Source: an uncultured Gemmatimonadales bacterium
GTDB taxonomy: Bacteria > Gemmatimonadota > Gemmatimonadetes > Gemmatimonadales > GWC2-71-9
NCBI GenBank assembly: GCA_963828735.1
Contig: CAWHFW010000005.1
Location: 1,248,001-1,312,000, forward strand
Length of the DNA: 64,000 nt
Reading direction: 5' to 3'
In this document: positions 51,139 to 59,506 of the stretch, piece after piece
Layout: each line of letters begins with the position of its first letter
How positions within the stretch are numbered: the stretch's first letter is position 1
Notes under the pieces: model-generated
Databases searched by the model: none
Told to the model about the DNA's origin: nothing
The model's input: only the letters and a program-made list of their open reading frames with translations
Program-made: the position numbers and the translations under genes

Positions 51139-51162
51139 CCGAACCCACGCCATGACCGAACC
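51129..51162 (+). repeat. Exact 17-bp tandem duplication spanning the trmB stop and the DGC start
   Basis: CACGCCATGACCGAACC x2 (51129-51145 and 51146-51162). Confidence 0.95.
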
Positions 51163-52714
51163 GCTCGACGACGGCCTCATCGAGCTGCAGCGCGAGTACC
51201 TGTCGGAATTTCCCGAGCGGCTGGAGGAACTTCGGGCGGACATCTCCGCCTTCCGCGCCCTACGACCCGAGGCGGCCGCCGCGCTCAAGACCCGGTTTCA
51301 CCGCCTCGCAGCCTCGGGCGGCTCGCACGGGTTTCCCGAGATCAGCGTCGTGGCGCGCGAGATGGAACAGTGGATGGCCACCAAGCCCGCCCCGGGCGAG
51401 GCTCCCCGTCTCGATGCCGCCATCGATCGGCTCGCAGCGCTGTTCCGCCAGGCGCAGGCCGGGCTGGGCAACGCGCGCCGCGCGGCCGGCGCGCGGCCCC
51501 GAGCGATGGTCATCCTGCCGGCATCCGCGGAGGCCGATCGCCTGAGGGCCGCTCTCGAGGCCGAGGGGTACGATGTGCGGCTCGGCCATCGGCTGGAGGA
51601 TCCAGCGGAGACGCCGCTGGGCGAGCGGCCCGAGCTCCTGGTCATCGGCACGGCCGCCGGCGAGGGCGATCCATCCGCGATCGCATCCATGTGGACCGGC
51701 CGAGTGAATCGCCCGCGTGCCGTCGTGCTCATCGAGACGCTGCGCGCGGTGGATCGCCTGCGGGCGATCGCGTCGGGCGTCGACGCGGTCATCGCGGTCG
51801 AGCGCATGGTGGAGGATCTGCCGCGATACGCTCGGACGCTCGCCCAGGCCGGGGCGCCGCCATCCAGCGTACTGCTCGTGGAGCACGATGCCGAGCGGGC
51901 GGCGACCGTCGCGCGGAGCCTCGAGGAGGCGAACATCCGCGTCGTCCGCTGCGCGCTGGCGCAGGCAGTTCAGGAGCTGCTCGACCGCGAAGTGCCCGAC
52001 CTCATGCTGCTCGCCTCCCGCCTGCCCGACGGCGAAGGCACGACGGTCGCCCGCATCGTCCGTGAAGACCCCCGATTCCGGATGATGCCGATCGTCTTCA
52101 TCGGCCCCGACGAGGTGCCCGAGCGGATCGCCGCGCTTCAGTCGGGCGCCGACGACTATCTCGAGGTCCCGCCAGATCCCGAGCTGCTGCTCCGGACCGT
52201 GGTGGTGCGCGCCGAGCGGGGGCGCCGGCTCCGTGAACTCCTGCTCCGCGACCCGCTCACCGGCCTGCTCAACCAGGCCACGCTTCTGGCCGAGCTCGAG
52301 TACGCCGTGGACTACGGCCGCCGCCATGGCGGCCCGATCTCGCTTCTGGTATTCGACCTGGATCGGTTCCACGAGGTGAACGAGCGGTTCGGGCACCTGG
52401 TGGGCGATCAGGTGCTCCGCCACGTGGCCAACGTATTCCGCTCGAACGTGCGGGCGAGCGACCTGATCGGCCGGTTCGGCGGCGAAGAGTTCGCCATGGT
52501 TCTGCGCGGCGTGGGTGCCGAAGGCGCGGGCGTCGTAGCCGCCAAGCTCCGGCGCGTTCTCGGCGAGCAATCCGCCACCACGGCCGAGGGTCTCATCATT
52601 CCGCTGCACGTGAGCGTGGGCTGGGCCTGTTTCCCGGGTCACGGGACGAGCGCGGGGGAGATGGTGCACGCGGCCGTGCGGGCGATGCAGCGGGAGAAGG
52701 GGGAAAAGCAGTGA
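51152..52714 (+). CDS. Diguanylate cyclase with Hpt and degenerate receiver domains
   Basis: Hpt FHRLAASGGSHGF; two REC-like domains; DPLTGL.N, RASD I-site, RFGGEEF. Confidence 0.88.
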   Translation: MTEPLDDGLIELQREYLSEFPERLEELRADISAFRALRPEAAAALKTRFHRLAASGGSHGFPEISVVAREMEQWMATKPAPGEAPRLDAAIDRLAALFRQAQAGLGNARRAAGARPRAMVILPASAEADRLRAALEAEGYDVRLGHRLEDPAETPLGERPELLVIGTAAGEGDPSAIASMWTGRVNRPRAVVLIETLRAVDRLRAIASGVDAVIAVERMVEDLPRYARTLAQAGAPPSSVLLVEHDAERAATVARSLEEANIRVVRCALAQAVQELLDREVPDLMLLASRLPDGEGTTVARIVREDPRFRMMPIVFIGPDEVPERIAALQSGADDYLEVPPDPELLLRTVVVRAERGRRLRELLLRDPLTGLLNQATLLAELEYAVDYGRRHGGPISLLVFDLDRFHEVNERFGHLVGDQVLRHVANVFRSNVRASDLIGRFGGEEFAMVLRGVGAEGAGVVAAKLRRVLGEQSATTAEGLIIPLHVSVGWACFPGHGTSAGEMVHAAVRAMQREKGEKQ

Positions 52715-52807
52715 GCGGTAAGCGGTAAGCGGGAACAGCACACCGGACTGATTAGGTGTGCTGTTTCCGCTCACCACTTGCCGCTCACTGCCTACCGCTC
52801 ACCGCCG
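52708..52807. repeat. Long inverted repeat built from heptamer units between convergent DGC and lon (probable bidirectional terminator/REP-like)
   Basis: 37-bp arms at 52708-52744 and 52755-52791 with 2 mismatches and 2 G-U pairs; AGCGGTR units. Confidence 0.8.
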
Positions 52808-52808
52808 T

Positions 52809-55352
52809 CTAGTGCCTGAATCCCGTCGACAGCGGCATCACGTCCCGCGGATTCTTTTCGTCGCCAAACAGCAGGCGCCCCTCGCGGAACGTCGCCCCCC
52901 GGAGCGTAAGGGCGAGCACCTCGCCCAGCTCGGACACCAGGTGCACCTCGATCTTGTCGCGCACCTCCTGCGGCAGATCCTCGAGGTCCGGCTCGTTCTC
53001 CTTGGGGAGAATGATCCGGTTGATACCCGCCCGGACCGCACCCAGCACCTTCTCCTTCACACCGCCAATCGGCAGCACTCGGCCGCGTAGCGTGATCTCG
53101 CCGGTCATCGCGATATCGTGGCGCACCGCGCGCCCAGACAGCGTGCTCACGACGGACGAGGCCATCGTGACACCTGCCGACGGCCCGTCCTTCGGGATGG
53201 CGCCGGCCGGCACATGGATGTGGATGTCGCGGTCGAACATCTCGTCCTGGATCTGGAGCCCGGCCGCGTGCGAGCGCGCGTAGGTCCAGGCCGCGCGAGC
53301 CGACTCCTTCATGACGTCGCCCAGCTGGCCGGTGAGGACCAGCTCGCCCTTGCCGCGCATCGTGCTCGCCTCGACGAACATGATGTCGCCGCCGGTCGGG
53401 GTGTAGTACATCCCCGTGGCCACGCCGACCTCGTCGTGGCGCGCCGCCTTCTCCGGATGCACCTTGGGGCGGCCGAGCAGGTCGTCGACCATCTCCCTGT
53501 CCACCGTGATCGAGCCGTTCTCGCCCGAGGCGAACTTGCGCGCCACCTTGCGTGCCAGTCGGCCGATCTCCCGCTCGAGCTGACGCACGCCGGACTCACG
53601 GGTGTAGCTCGTGATCACCTCGGCCAATGCCTCGTCGGCGATGGTCAAGCGGTCCGGGCTCACGCCGTTCTCGGTGAACTGGCGCGGGATGAGGTACTTC
53701 CGGGCGATCTCCTGCTTCTCCCGCTCGGTGTAACCGGCGAAGTCCACCACTTCCATGCGGTCGAGCAGAGGCCCCGGGATGTTCTGGATGAAGTTCGCCG
53801 TCGCGATGAAGAGCACCTCGCTCAGGTCGAACGGCACGCCCAGGTAGTGGTCCACGAACGAGTCATTCTGGGCCGGGTCGAGCACCTCGAGCAGCGCGCT
53901 CGCCGGGTCGCCCTGGAACGAGACGCCCAGCTTGTCCACTTCGTCGAGCAGGAACACTGGGTTCTTGGTGCCCGCCTGCTTCATGCCCTGGACGATGCGG
54001 CCCGGCATGGCGCCGACGTACGTCCGCCGGTGGCCGCGGATGTCGGCCTCGTCACGTGCGCCGCCGAGGGAGATACGGACGTACTTCCGCCCCATGGCGC
54101 GGGCGATGCTCTTGGCCACGGACGTCTTGCCGACGCCCGGCGGCCCCACGAACAGCAGGATCGGGCCCCGCGCGCGGTCGTCGTCGTTGCCCTTCACGGC
54201 CGTGTTGGGCGCGGGCACCGTGGCGGTCGCCTGCGGCGTGTCGGTGGACTCGCCGTGCGCGACCTCCTCCGCCTTGCGCTCCGCCTTCTGGCTCGCCTCA
54301 GCCTCCTGCTCCGCCGCCTCCTGCTGCATGCGAAGCTGACGGACCGCCAGGAACTCCAGGACCCGGTCCTTCACGTCGCCGAGGGCGTAGTGGTCCTCGT
54401 CGAGGATCGTCTGCGCCTCGGGGAGCGACAGGTGCTCCTTGCTCCGCACGTTCCACGGCAGCTCGACGATGTTCTCCAGGAACGTCCGAATGACCTGGCT
54501 TTCCATCGACTCGCGGCCGATCCGCGTCAGCCGATTGAGCTCGCGGTCGACTTCCTTGCGCGCCTCGGGCGGGAGATCGAGCGCCTGGAGGTTCTCGCGA
54601 AGCTCCTGCAAGTCGTCCCGCTCGTCACCCTCGCCCAGCTCGCGCTGGATCGTCTTGAGCTGCTCCCGCAGGAACATCTCGCGCTGGCGCTCGCCCAGCT
54701 CCTCCTGGACCTGGGATTTGATGTCTTCCTGCGCGTCCAGCACGCCGATCTGACGCTGGACGTGCACCAGGACGCGACGGAGCCGCTCCTCGACGCTGAG
54801 CGTTTCGAGCAGCAGCTGGCGCTGGGCGGGCGTGATGTCGATGTACCCGGCGACCAGATCCGCGAAGCGGCCCGGCTCGTTCACGCCGGCGAGCACCTGC
54901 TGGACGACCTCGTCCGGCAGCCCGGATTTCTGGCCGAGCTCGGCCGCCCGCGTACGGGCCTCCCGGTGTAGCGCGACGAAGGCGGGATCCTCCGCGTTGA
55001 TCGGCAGCATCTCTTCGGCCTGGCGAACCACGGCCTGGAGGTAGCCTTCCCGCTCGGTATAGTGAATGGCGATGCCCCGCTGCTCGCCATGGAGCAGCAG
55101 CTGCATGCCCGAAAGCCCTCGCTGAAGCTGACCGATCTTGGCGATCGTGCCGATCGTGTACAGCACGTCGGGATTCACGCTCTCGACGTTCTGCCGCTGG
55201 GACACGGCGAACACCAGGCGCTCAGGGGTCGCGAGTGCCGCCTCGATGGCCCGAAGCGTCGCCGGTCGTCCGGCGCCGATGGGGGCCGTGACCCCGGGAA
55301 ACAGTACCACCTCACGCAGAGGCAGCACCGGCAAAGTCAATCGTTCGGCCAT
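52809..55352 (-). CDS. lon: ATP-dependent Lon protease (LonA)
   Basis: LPVLPLR N-domain, GPPGVGKTS, GHRRTYVGAMPG, LLDEVDK, PKDGPSAG, IGGVKEK. Confidence 0.97.
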   Translation of the reverse strand: MAERLTLPVLPLREVVLFPGVTAPIGAGRPATLRAIEAALATPERLVFAVSQRQNVESVNPDVLYTIGTIAKIGQLQRGLSGMQLLLHGEQRGIAIHYTEREGYLQAVVRQAEEMLPINAEDPAFVALHREARTRAAELGQKSGLPDEVVQQVLAGVNEPGRFADLVAGYIDITPAQRQLLLETLSVEERLRRVLVHVQRQIGVLDAQEDIKSQVQEELGERQREMFLREQLKTIQRELGEGDERDDLQELRENLQALDLPPEARKEVDRELNRLTRIGRESMESQVIRTFLENIVELPWNVRSKEHLSLPEAQTILDEDHYALGDVKDRVLEFLAVRQLRMQQEAAEQEAEASQKAERKAEEVAHGESTDTPQATATVPAPNTAVKGNDDDRARGPILLFVGPPGVGKTSVAKSIARAMGRKYVRISLGGARDEADIRGHRRTYVGAMPGRIVQGMKQAGTKNPVFLLDEVDKLGVSFQGDPASALLEVLDPAQNDSFVDHYLGVPFDLSEVLFIATANFIQNIPGPLLDRMEVVDFAGYTEREKQEIARKYLIPRQFTENGVSPDRLTIADEALAEVITSYTRESGVRQLEREIGRLARKVARKFASGENGSITVDREMVDDLLGRPKVHPEKAARHDEVGVATGMYYTPTGGDIMFVEASTMRGKGELVLTGQLGDVMKESARAAWTYARSHAAGLQIQDEMFDRDIHIHVPAGAIPKDGPSAGVTMASSVVSTLSGRAVRHDIAMTGEITLRGRVLPIGGVKEKVLGAVRAGINRIILPKENEPDLEDLPQEVRDKIEVHLVSELGEVLALTLRGATFREGRLLFGDEKNPRDVMPLSTGFRH

Positions 55353-55425
55353 GTAGGAACTACTCCTTCCAAAGCCCGCTCTGTCGCGGGAAAAAGGCGA
55401 GACACCGCAAGATCGTGGGCACGGG

Positions 55426-55442
55426 TGCACCGAACGTGCCAA
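55426..55442 (-). promoter_or_regulatory. Sigma54 (-24/-12) promoter upstream of lon
   Basis: TTGGCACG-TTCG-GTGCA, a near-perfect match to TGGCACG-N4-TTGCW, about 75 nt upstream of the ATG. Confidence 0.7.
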
Positions 55443-55805
55443 GCCAGCCCCATGATCTCCCGCGTGCTAGCAAACAACTTACGGGCTCTGGAGGTTTCCG
55501 GGCGAGGGCCGGAGCGGCAGGAAAGGCGAGAGGTATTCGCCCGCTGCTGCCAATTTGACGGCAAATTCGCGGGGTGGTGAAGGCCGGCCTGCCGCGCGGT
55601 CAACGACCTGCCGAACCATGCGGCCCGAGGCGGTACTCAAGTCGTCCTCCCCGGTCCGTTGGGGCCCCACGGAGGAGCTACAGCAGGCGCCCCATTCAGT
55701 TGCCGCTGGCCGCGCGCGGGTACAGATTGGGTGCCATGTTCGGCGGTTCCACCACTTCGCGTAGTCTTCCCCTGCTCTCGCCGGCTTCCAGCGGCGATCT
55801 CGCCC

Positions 55806-57710
55806 ATGACCGACTCGGCCGATAAGCCGTTGGCGGCGCGTCTCGCCGACGCCTTGGGAGACGCGTACACGATCGAGGGAGAGGTCGGGCGCGGAGGTAT
55901 GGGGGTCGTCTATCGCGCTCGTGATGAGCGGCTCCAGCGCCGCGTCGCCATCAAGGTTCTGCCGCCCGAGCTGGCCTTTCAGAAGGACATTCGCGAGCGC
56001 TTCACCCGTGAGGCCCAGACGGCCGCCCGTCTGTCGCACCCGCATATCGTCCCGATTCACACGGTCGGCGAGGGTCAAGGACTGGTCTACTTCGTGATGG
56101 GCTACGTGGACGGCGAGTCGGTGGCGGGCCGCATTCGGCGGCGCGGCAGGCTCCCCGTAGAAGAGGCCCGGCGGATCATGATGGAGGCGGCCGATGCACT
56201 GAGCGCCGCCCACGCCCTTTCCATCATCCATCGCGACATCAAGCCCGACAACATCCTGCTCGAGGGCCCCCGGGGACGGGTGATGGTGACCGACTTCGGT
56301 ATTGCGAAGGCGCTCTCGTCCACCTCGGGCGCGACGCTCACCGGCGCCGGCGTCGCGATCGGGACGCCCGCGTTCATGAGCCCGGAGCAGGCCGCGGGCG
56401 AGCGAGACATCGACGGGCGCTCGGACGTCTACAGCCTCGGCGTCGTCAGCTACCAGATGTTGACCGGGGAGCTGCCGTTCAACGCGCCGACGGTCGCGGG
56501 CATCCTGATGAAGCAGATCACGGAGCCCGCGCCCGATCTCCGAAGCCGCCGCCCGGACGTGCCCGAGGACCTCGCACTCGCCGTCAGTCGCTGCCTGGAG
56601 AAGGACCCCGAGAACCGCTGGCCCAGTGCGGACGCGCTGCGTCGCTCGCTCGAGAGCCGGAGCGTGAGCGGGTATCGGCCTACCGGCACCTCCTTCAGGG
56701 GTCAGCGGCCGATCGCGCCCGCGTCACCGCGTCCTCTCACGGGGAGCACTGGCCGGCCGGACGCGCGTGCCCCGGCTCGACGGGAGCTGGGCGGCCGCCC
56801 GGGTCTCGCTCCGAGGCCGCTGCCAGGTGGGCGTGGCGATGCCGCGGCGCGCCGCCGCGATCAGCGCGACCGGAACGACAAGGACCTGGTGCCCGACACG
56901 GGGGAGCCCAGGATCGTGCAGAAGGTCCGCGGCCAATTCGCCAGCTGGGCGGCCGTATCGCTTGGATGCCTCGGGATCAACGTCGCGACGGGCATCACCG
57001 ATCCGTGGTTCCTCTTTCCCATGTTCGGAATGGGCATCGGCGTGTTTCGGAACTATGCACAGCTCTGGCAGGCCGGTTACAGCTGGCGTGACGTGTTGAC
57101 CCGGCCTCCCGCACCGGACGCGGTCGAGACGACGCTGATCAAGGGCACGCCACGCATGGCTCGGCAGCTACCGCCCCCGCGTCCCGAGGACTTCGGCGCG
57201 CACCTTGGTTCCATCCAGCAGGTGCAGGGGGACCGGCAGGCCATCCTCAAGCTGTTGGAGCGCCTTCCCGCCTCTGAGCGGAAGATGCTGCCCGAGGTCC
57301 AGCAGACCGTGAACGCGCTTTACGAGCGCGCCACCGACCTGGCCCGCACGCTGCACGCGCTCGACACCAGCATGAACGCGGAGGAATTGACCCAGATCGA
57401 CGAGCGACTCGCGTCCCTCGCCAAGGAGCCCGATGACCCCGAGCGCACGCGGCGGCTCTCGCTGCTGGAGCGCCAGCGTCAGGCCATCGTGGACATTCAG
57501 GGACGCCGGAGCCAAGTGGCGAGCCATCTCGAGTCCTGCGTCCTCGCGATGCAGAATGTCCGCTTCGACCTGCTCCGGCTCCGTTCCGCGGGAGTCGCCG
57601 CCGTGCTGGGCGATTTGACGCAGGCGACCCAGCAGGCCAAGGCGCTGTCCCGGGATGTCGACAACGCGATCGCGGCGGCAGGCGAGATCCGCGAGGCCAT
57701 GCGACCGTAG
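55806..57710 (+). CDS. Hanks-type Ser/Thr protein kinase with 2TM hairpin and C-terminal helical/coiled-coil domain
   Basis: GRGGMG, VAIK, HRDIKPDN, DFG, GTPAFMSPE, DVYSLG; two short TMs; helical tail. Confidence 0.92.
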   Translation: MTDSADKPLAARLADALGDAYTIEGEVGRGGMGVVYRARDERLQRRVAIKVLPPELAFQKDIRERFTREAQTAARLSHPHIVPIHTVGEGQGLVYFVMGYVDGESVAGRIRRRGRLPVEEARRIMMEAADALSAAHALSIIHRDIKPDNILLEGPRGRVMVTDFGIAKALSSTSGATLTGAGVAIGTPAFMSPEQAAGERDIDGRSDVYSLGVVSYQMLTGELPFNAPTVAGILMKQITEPAPDLRSRRPDVPEDLALAVSRCLEKDPENRWPSADALRRSLESRSVSGYRPTGTSFRGQRPIAPASPRPLTGSTGRPDARAPARRELGGRPGLAPRPLPGGRGDAAARRRDQRDRNDKDLVPDTGEPRIVQKVRGQFASWAAVSLGCLGINVATGITDPWFLFPMFGMGIGVFRNYAQLWQAGYSWRDVLTRPPAPDAVETTLIKGTPRMARQLPPPRPEDFGAHLGSIQQVQGDRQAILKLLERLPASERKMLPEVQQTVNALYERATDLARTLHALDTSMNAEELTQIDERLASLAKEPDDPERTRRLSLLERQRQAIVDIQGRRSQVASHLESCVLAMQNVRFDLLRLRSAGVAAVLGDLTQATQQAKALSRDVDNAIAAAGEIREAMRP

Positions 57711-57761
57711 TCGCCTTCATCCGCACCGTCCCTTCCTCTCTCCACAATTCGGAGTCGCTCC

Positions 57762-58322
57762 ATGCCGGTCCTTTCGACGCGTTGCCGCGCCATCGTTCTG
57801 GCGCTTGTCCTCCCATTCCTGTTGGCCCCCGCCGCGGCCGCCCAAGGCCAGGCCGACAAGGATTTGAAGGCCATCAGCGCCTACACGTTCACGCTCCCCA
57901 AGTACAAGCAGCTCATGACGGCGATGCTGAACCTCGGGAACGCCGCGAAAGCCGACCCCAAGGTCGCGGGCGCGCTGGAGGGCTCCGGAAACCTGAGCCT
58001 CGACGAGATGACCATGCGCCTCCAGTCCCTGGCGCCCGCCCGGAAGGCCATCGTGGACGCCGGCCTCACGCCCCGCGAGTTCGCCGTGGCGCAGGGAGCC
58101 TGGTTGCAGTCGGGCATGTCCTACGGGCTGATGAAGCAGTACAACCTGACCGCGGATTCCGTATCCAAGGCCACCGGGGCGAGCAAGGCCAACCTCGAGT
58201 TCTTCCGCGCCAACGAGGCGGAGCTGCAACGCATCGGGAAGGCGATGGAAGCTCAGATGCCGAAGGACAAACCGACGGACGAGGCCGACGAGGCCAGCGA
58301 GCCGGCTGACAGCGCCGAGTAG
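57762..58322 (+). CDS. Hypothetical exported protein
   Basis: Signal peptide ending in AAA-Q; GGAG RBS; acidic tail. Confidence 0.75.
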   Translation: MPVLSTRCRAIVLALVLPFLLAPAAAAQGQADKDLKAISAYTFTLPKYKQLMTAMLNLGNAAKADPKVAGALEGSGNLSLDEMTMRLQSLAPARKAIVDAGLTPREFAVAQGAWLQSGMSYGLMKQYNLTADSVSKATGASKANLEFFRANEAELQRIGKAMEAQMPKDKPTDEADEASEPADSAE

Positions 58323-58495
58323 GGGACCGCGCCTCCTTCCGGCGCGCCTCGCACTGGTGTATTGTATCGAGCGTTGTCGCGGCCTTGGACCGAGAATCCA
58401 GCAGGAGTGAACGCTTTGCGCCGGGCCCACCGTGCCTCCCCTTCGAGGGAGGCATCACTGTTGTGGGGCGATCATTTCTCCAGGGGAGGATGAGC

Positions 58496-59506
58496 ATGCG
58501 TGGTCACGGAAGGTTCCAGCTCCTGCCGGGCGTGACCCGGACCGGGTTGGCTGTCGGGGCGTTGCTGGCCGCGGCGGCCTGCGGCAGGGGGGCCGACGCC
58601 GGCAAGAGCGCGACCGCGGACACTGCCGCGGCAGGTGCCGCCGGCGCGGGAGCCATACCGGTGATTGCGATCATCCGGGCGGCGGACTGGATCGGGAGTG
58701 AATGGAGCGAGGATGCGCTGAAGGTCGGCCTGGAGGAGTCGGATCTGGAGCGGGGGCGTGACTACGAGTTCAAGATCTCGAGCGCCCAGGGCGACCTGGC
58801 GACGCTGCCCAGCCTGATCGACGCCGCGGTCGACGCCAAGGCCAAGGTGATCGTCACCCTCCAGGATGAGACGCTGCAGGCCGCCGTCCAGCGGGTGAAG
58901 ACGGTTCCGATCGTCTTCAACATCCTGTCGGACCCGTTCGCGGCCGGCGCCGGCACCAGCGACTCGAACCACCTCGCGAACATCACCGGGGTCTACTCCC
59001 CGGGCTTCGGCGATCCGGAGCAGGCCAAGCGGATCGAGCTGATCAAGCGCGTCGTCCCCAAGGTCAGGAAGGTCGGCATCCTCTTCAGCCCGGCAGAGCC
59101 GCTTTCCGTGAGCCTGAAGGACAAGATGGCCGCCACCGCGAAGAAGGCGGGGCTGAGCGTCGAGACGGTGCCCATCAACAGCGTCAGCGAGGGCACCGAG
59201 GCTGCCACCGCCCTCGTGGGCAAGAAGGTCGACGCCATCGAGATCTACGGCAACGCGGCGCACGGGGCGTTCGAGAGCATCATCCAGGTCGCCCGCGACA
59301 GCAAGGTGCCTGTCTTTTCCCCGTCGCCGTTCGAGATCCTCAAGGGCGCCACGGCCGCGTTCTACCCCGACTTCCAGCTCGGTGGCGTCGAAGCCGGCAA
59401 GATGATCGGCCGCATCCTCAAGGGCGAGAGCCCGGAGAAGATTCCGTTCTACCGCCTCGAGACCACCAAGGAGCAGGTCAGCAAGAGCGCCCCCACCGGC
59501 AAGTGA
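58496..59506 (+). CDS. ABC transporter substrate-binding lipoprotein (COG2984-like)
   Basis: Lipobox AAAC; SAQGD, PIVF...DP..AG, NITGV, KVGILFSPAE, RILKGESP..IP. Confidence 0.85.
   Translation: MRGHGRFQLLPGVTRTGLAVGALLAAAACGRGADAGKSATADTAAAGAAGAGAIPVIAIIRAADWIGSEWSEDALKVGLEESDLERGRDYEFKISSAQGDLATLPSLIDAAVDAKAKVIVTLQDETLQAAVQRVKTVPIVFNILSDPFAAGAGTSDSNHLANITGVYSPGFGDPEQAKRIELIKRVVPKVRKVGILFSPAEPLSVSLKDKMAATAKKAGLSVETVPINSVSEGTEAATALVGKKVDAIEIYGNAAHGAFESIIQVARDSKVPVFSPSPFEILKGATAAFYPDFQLGGVEAGKMIGRILKGESPEKIPFYRLETTKEQVSKSAPTGK

Noticed and set aside
52708..52807. Possible CRISPR or mini-array
   Set aside because: The units are 7-nt tandem repeats in an inverted repeat, with no spacers and no cas genes.
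55444..55470. Possible CIRCE (HrcA) element upstream of lon
   Set aside because: Only one half-site resembles the consensus (GCGTGCTAG); the other matches 4 of 9 positions.
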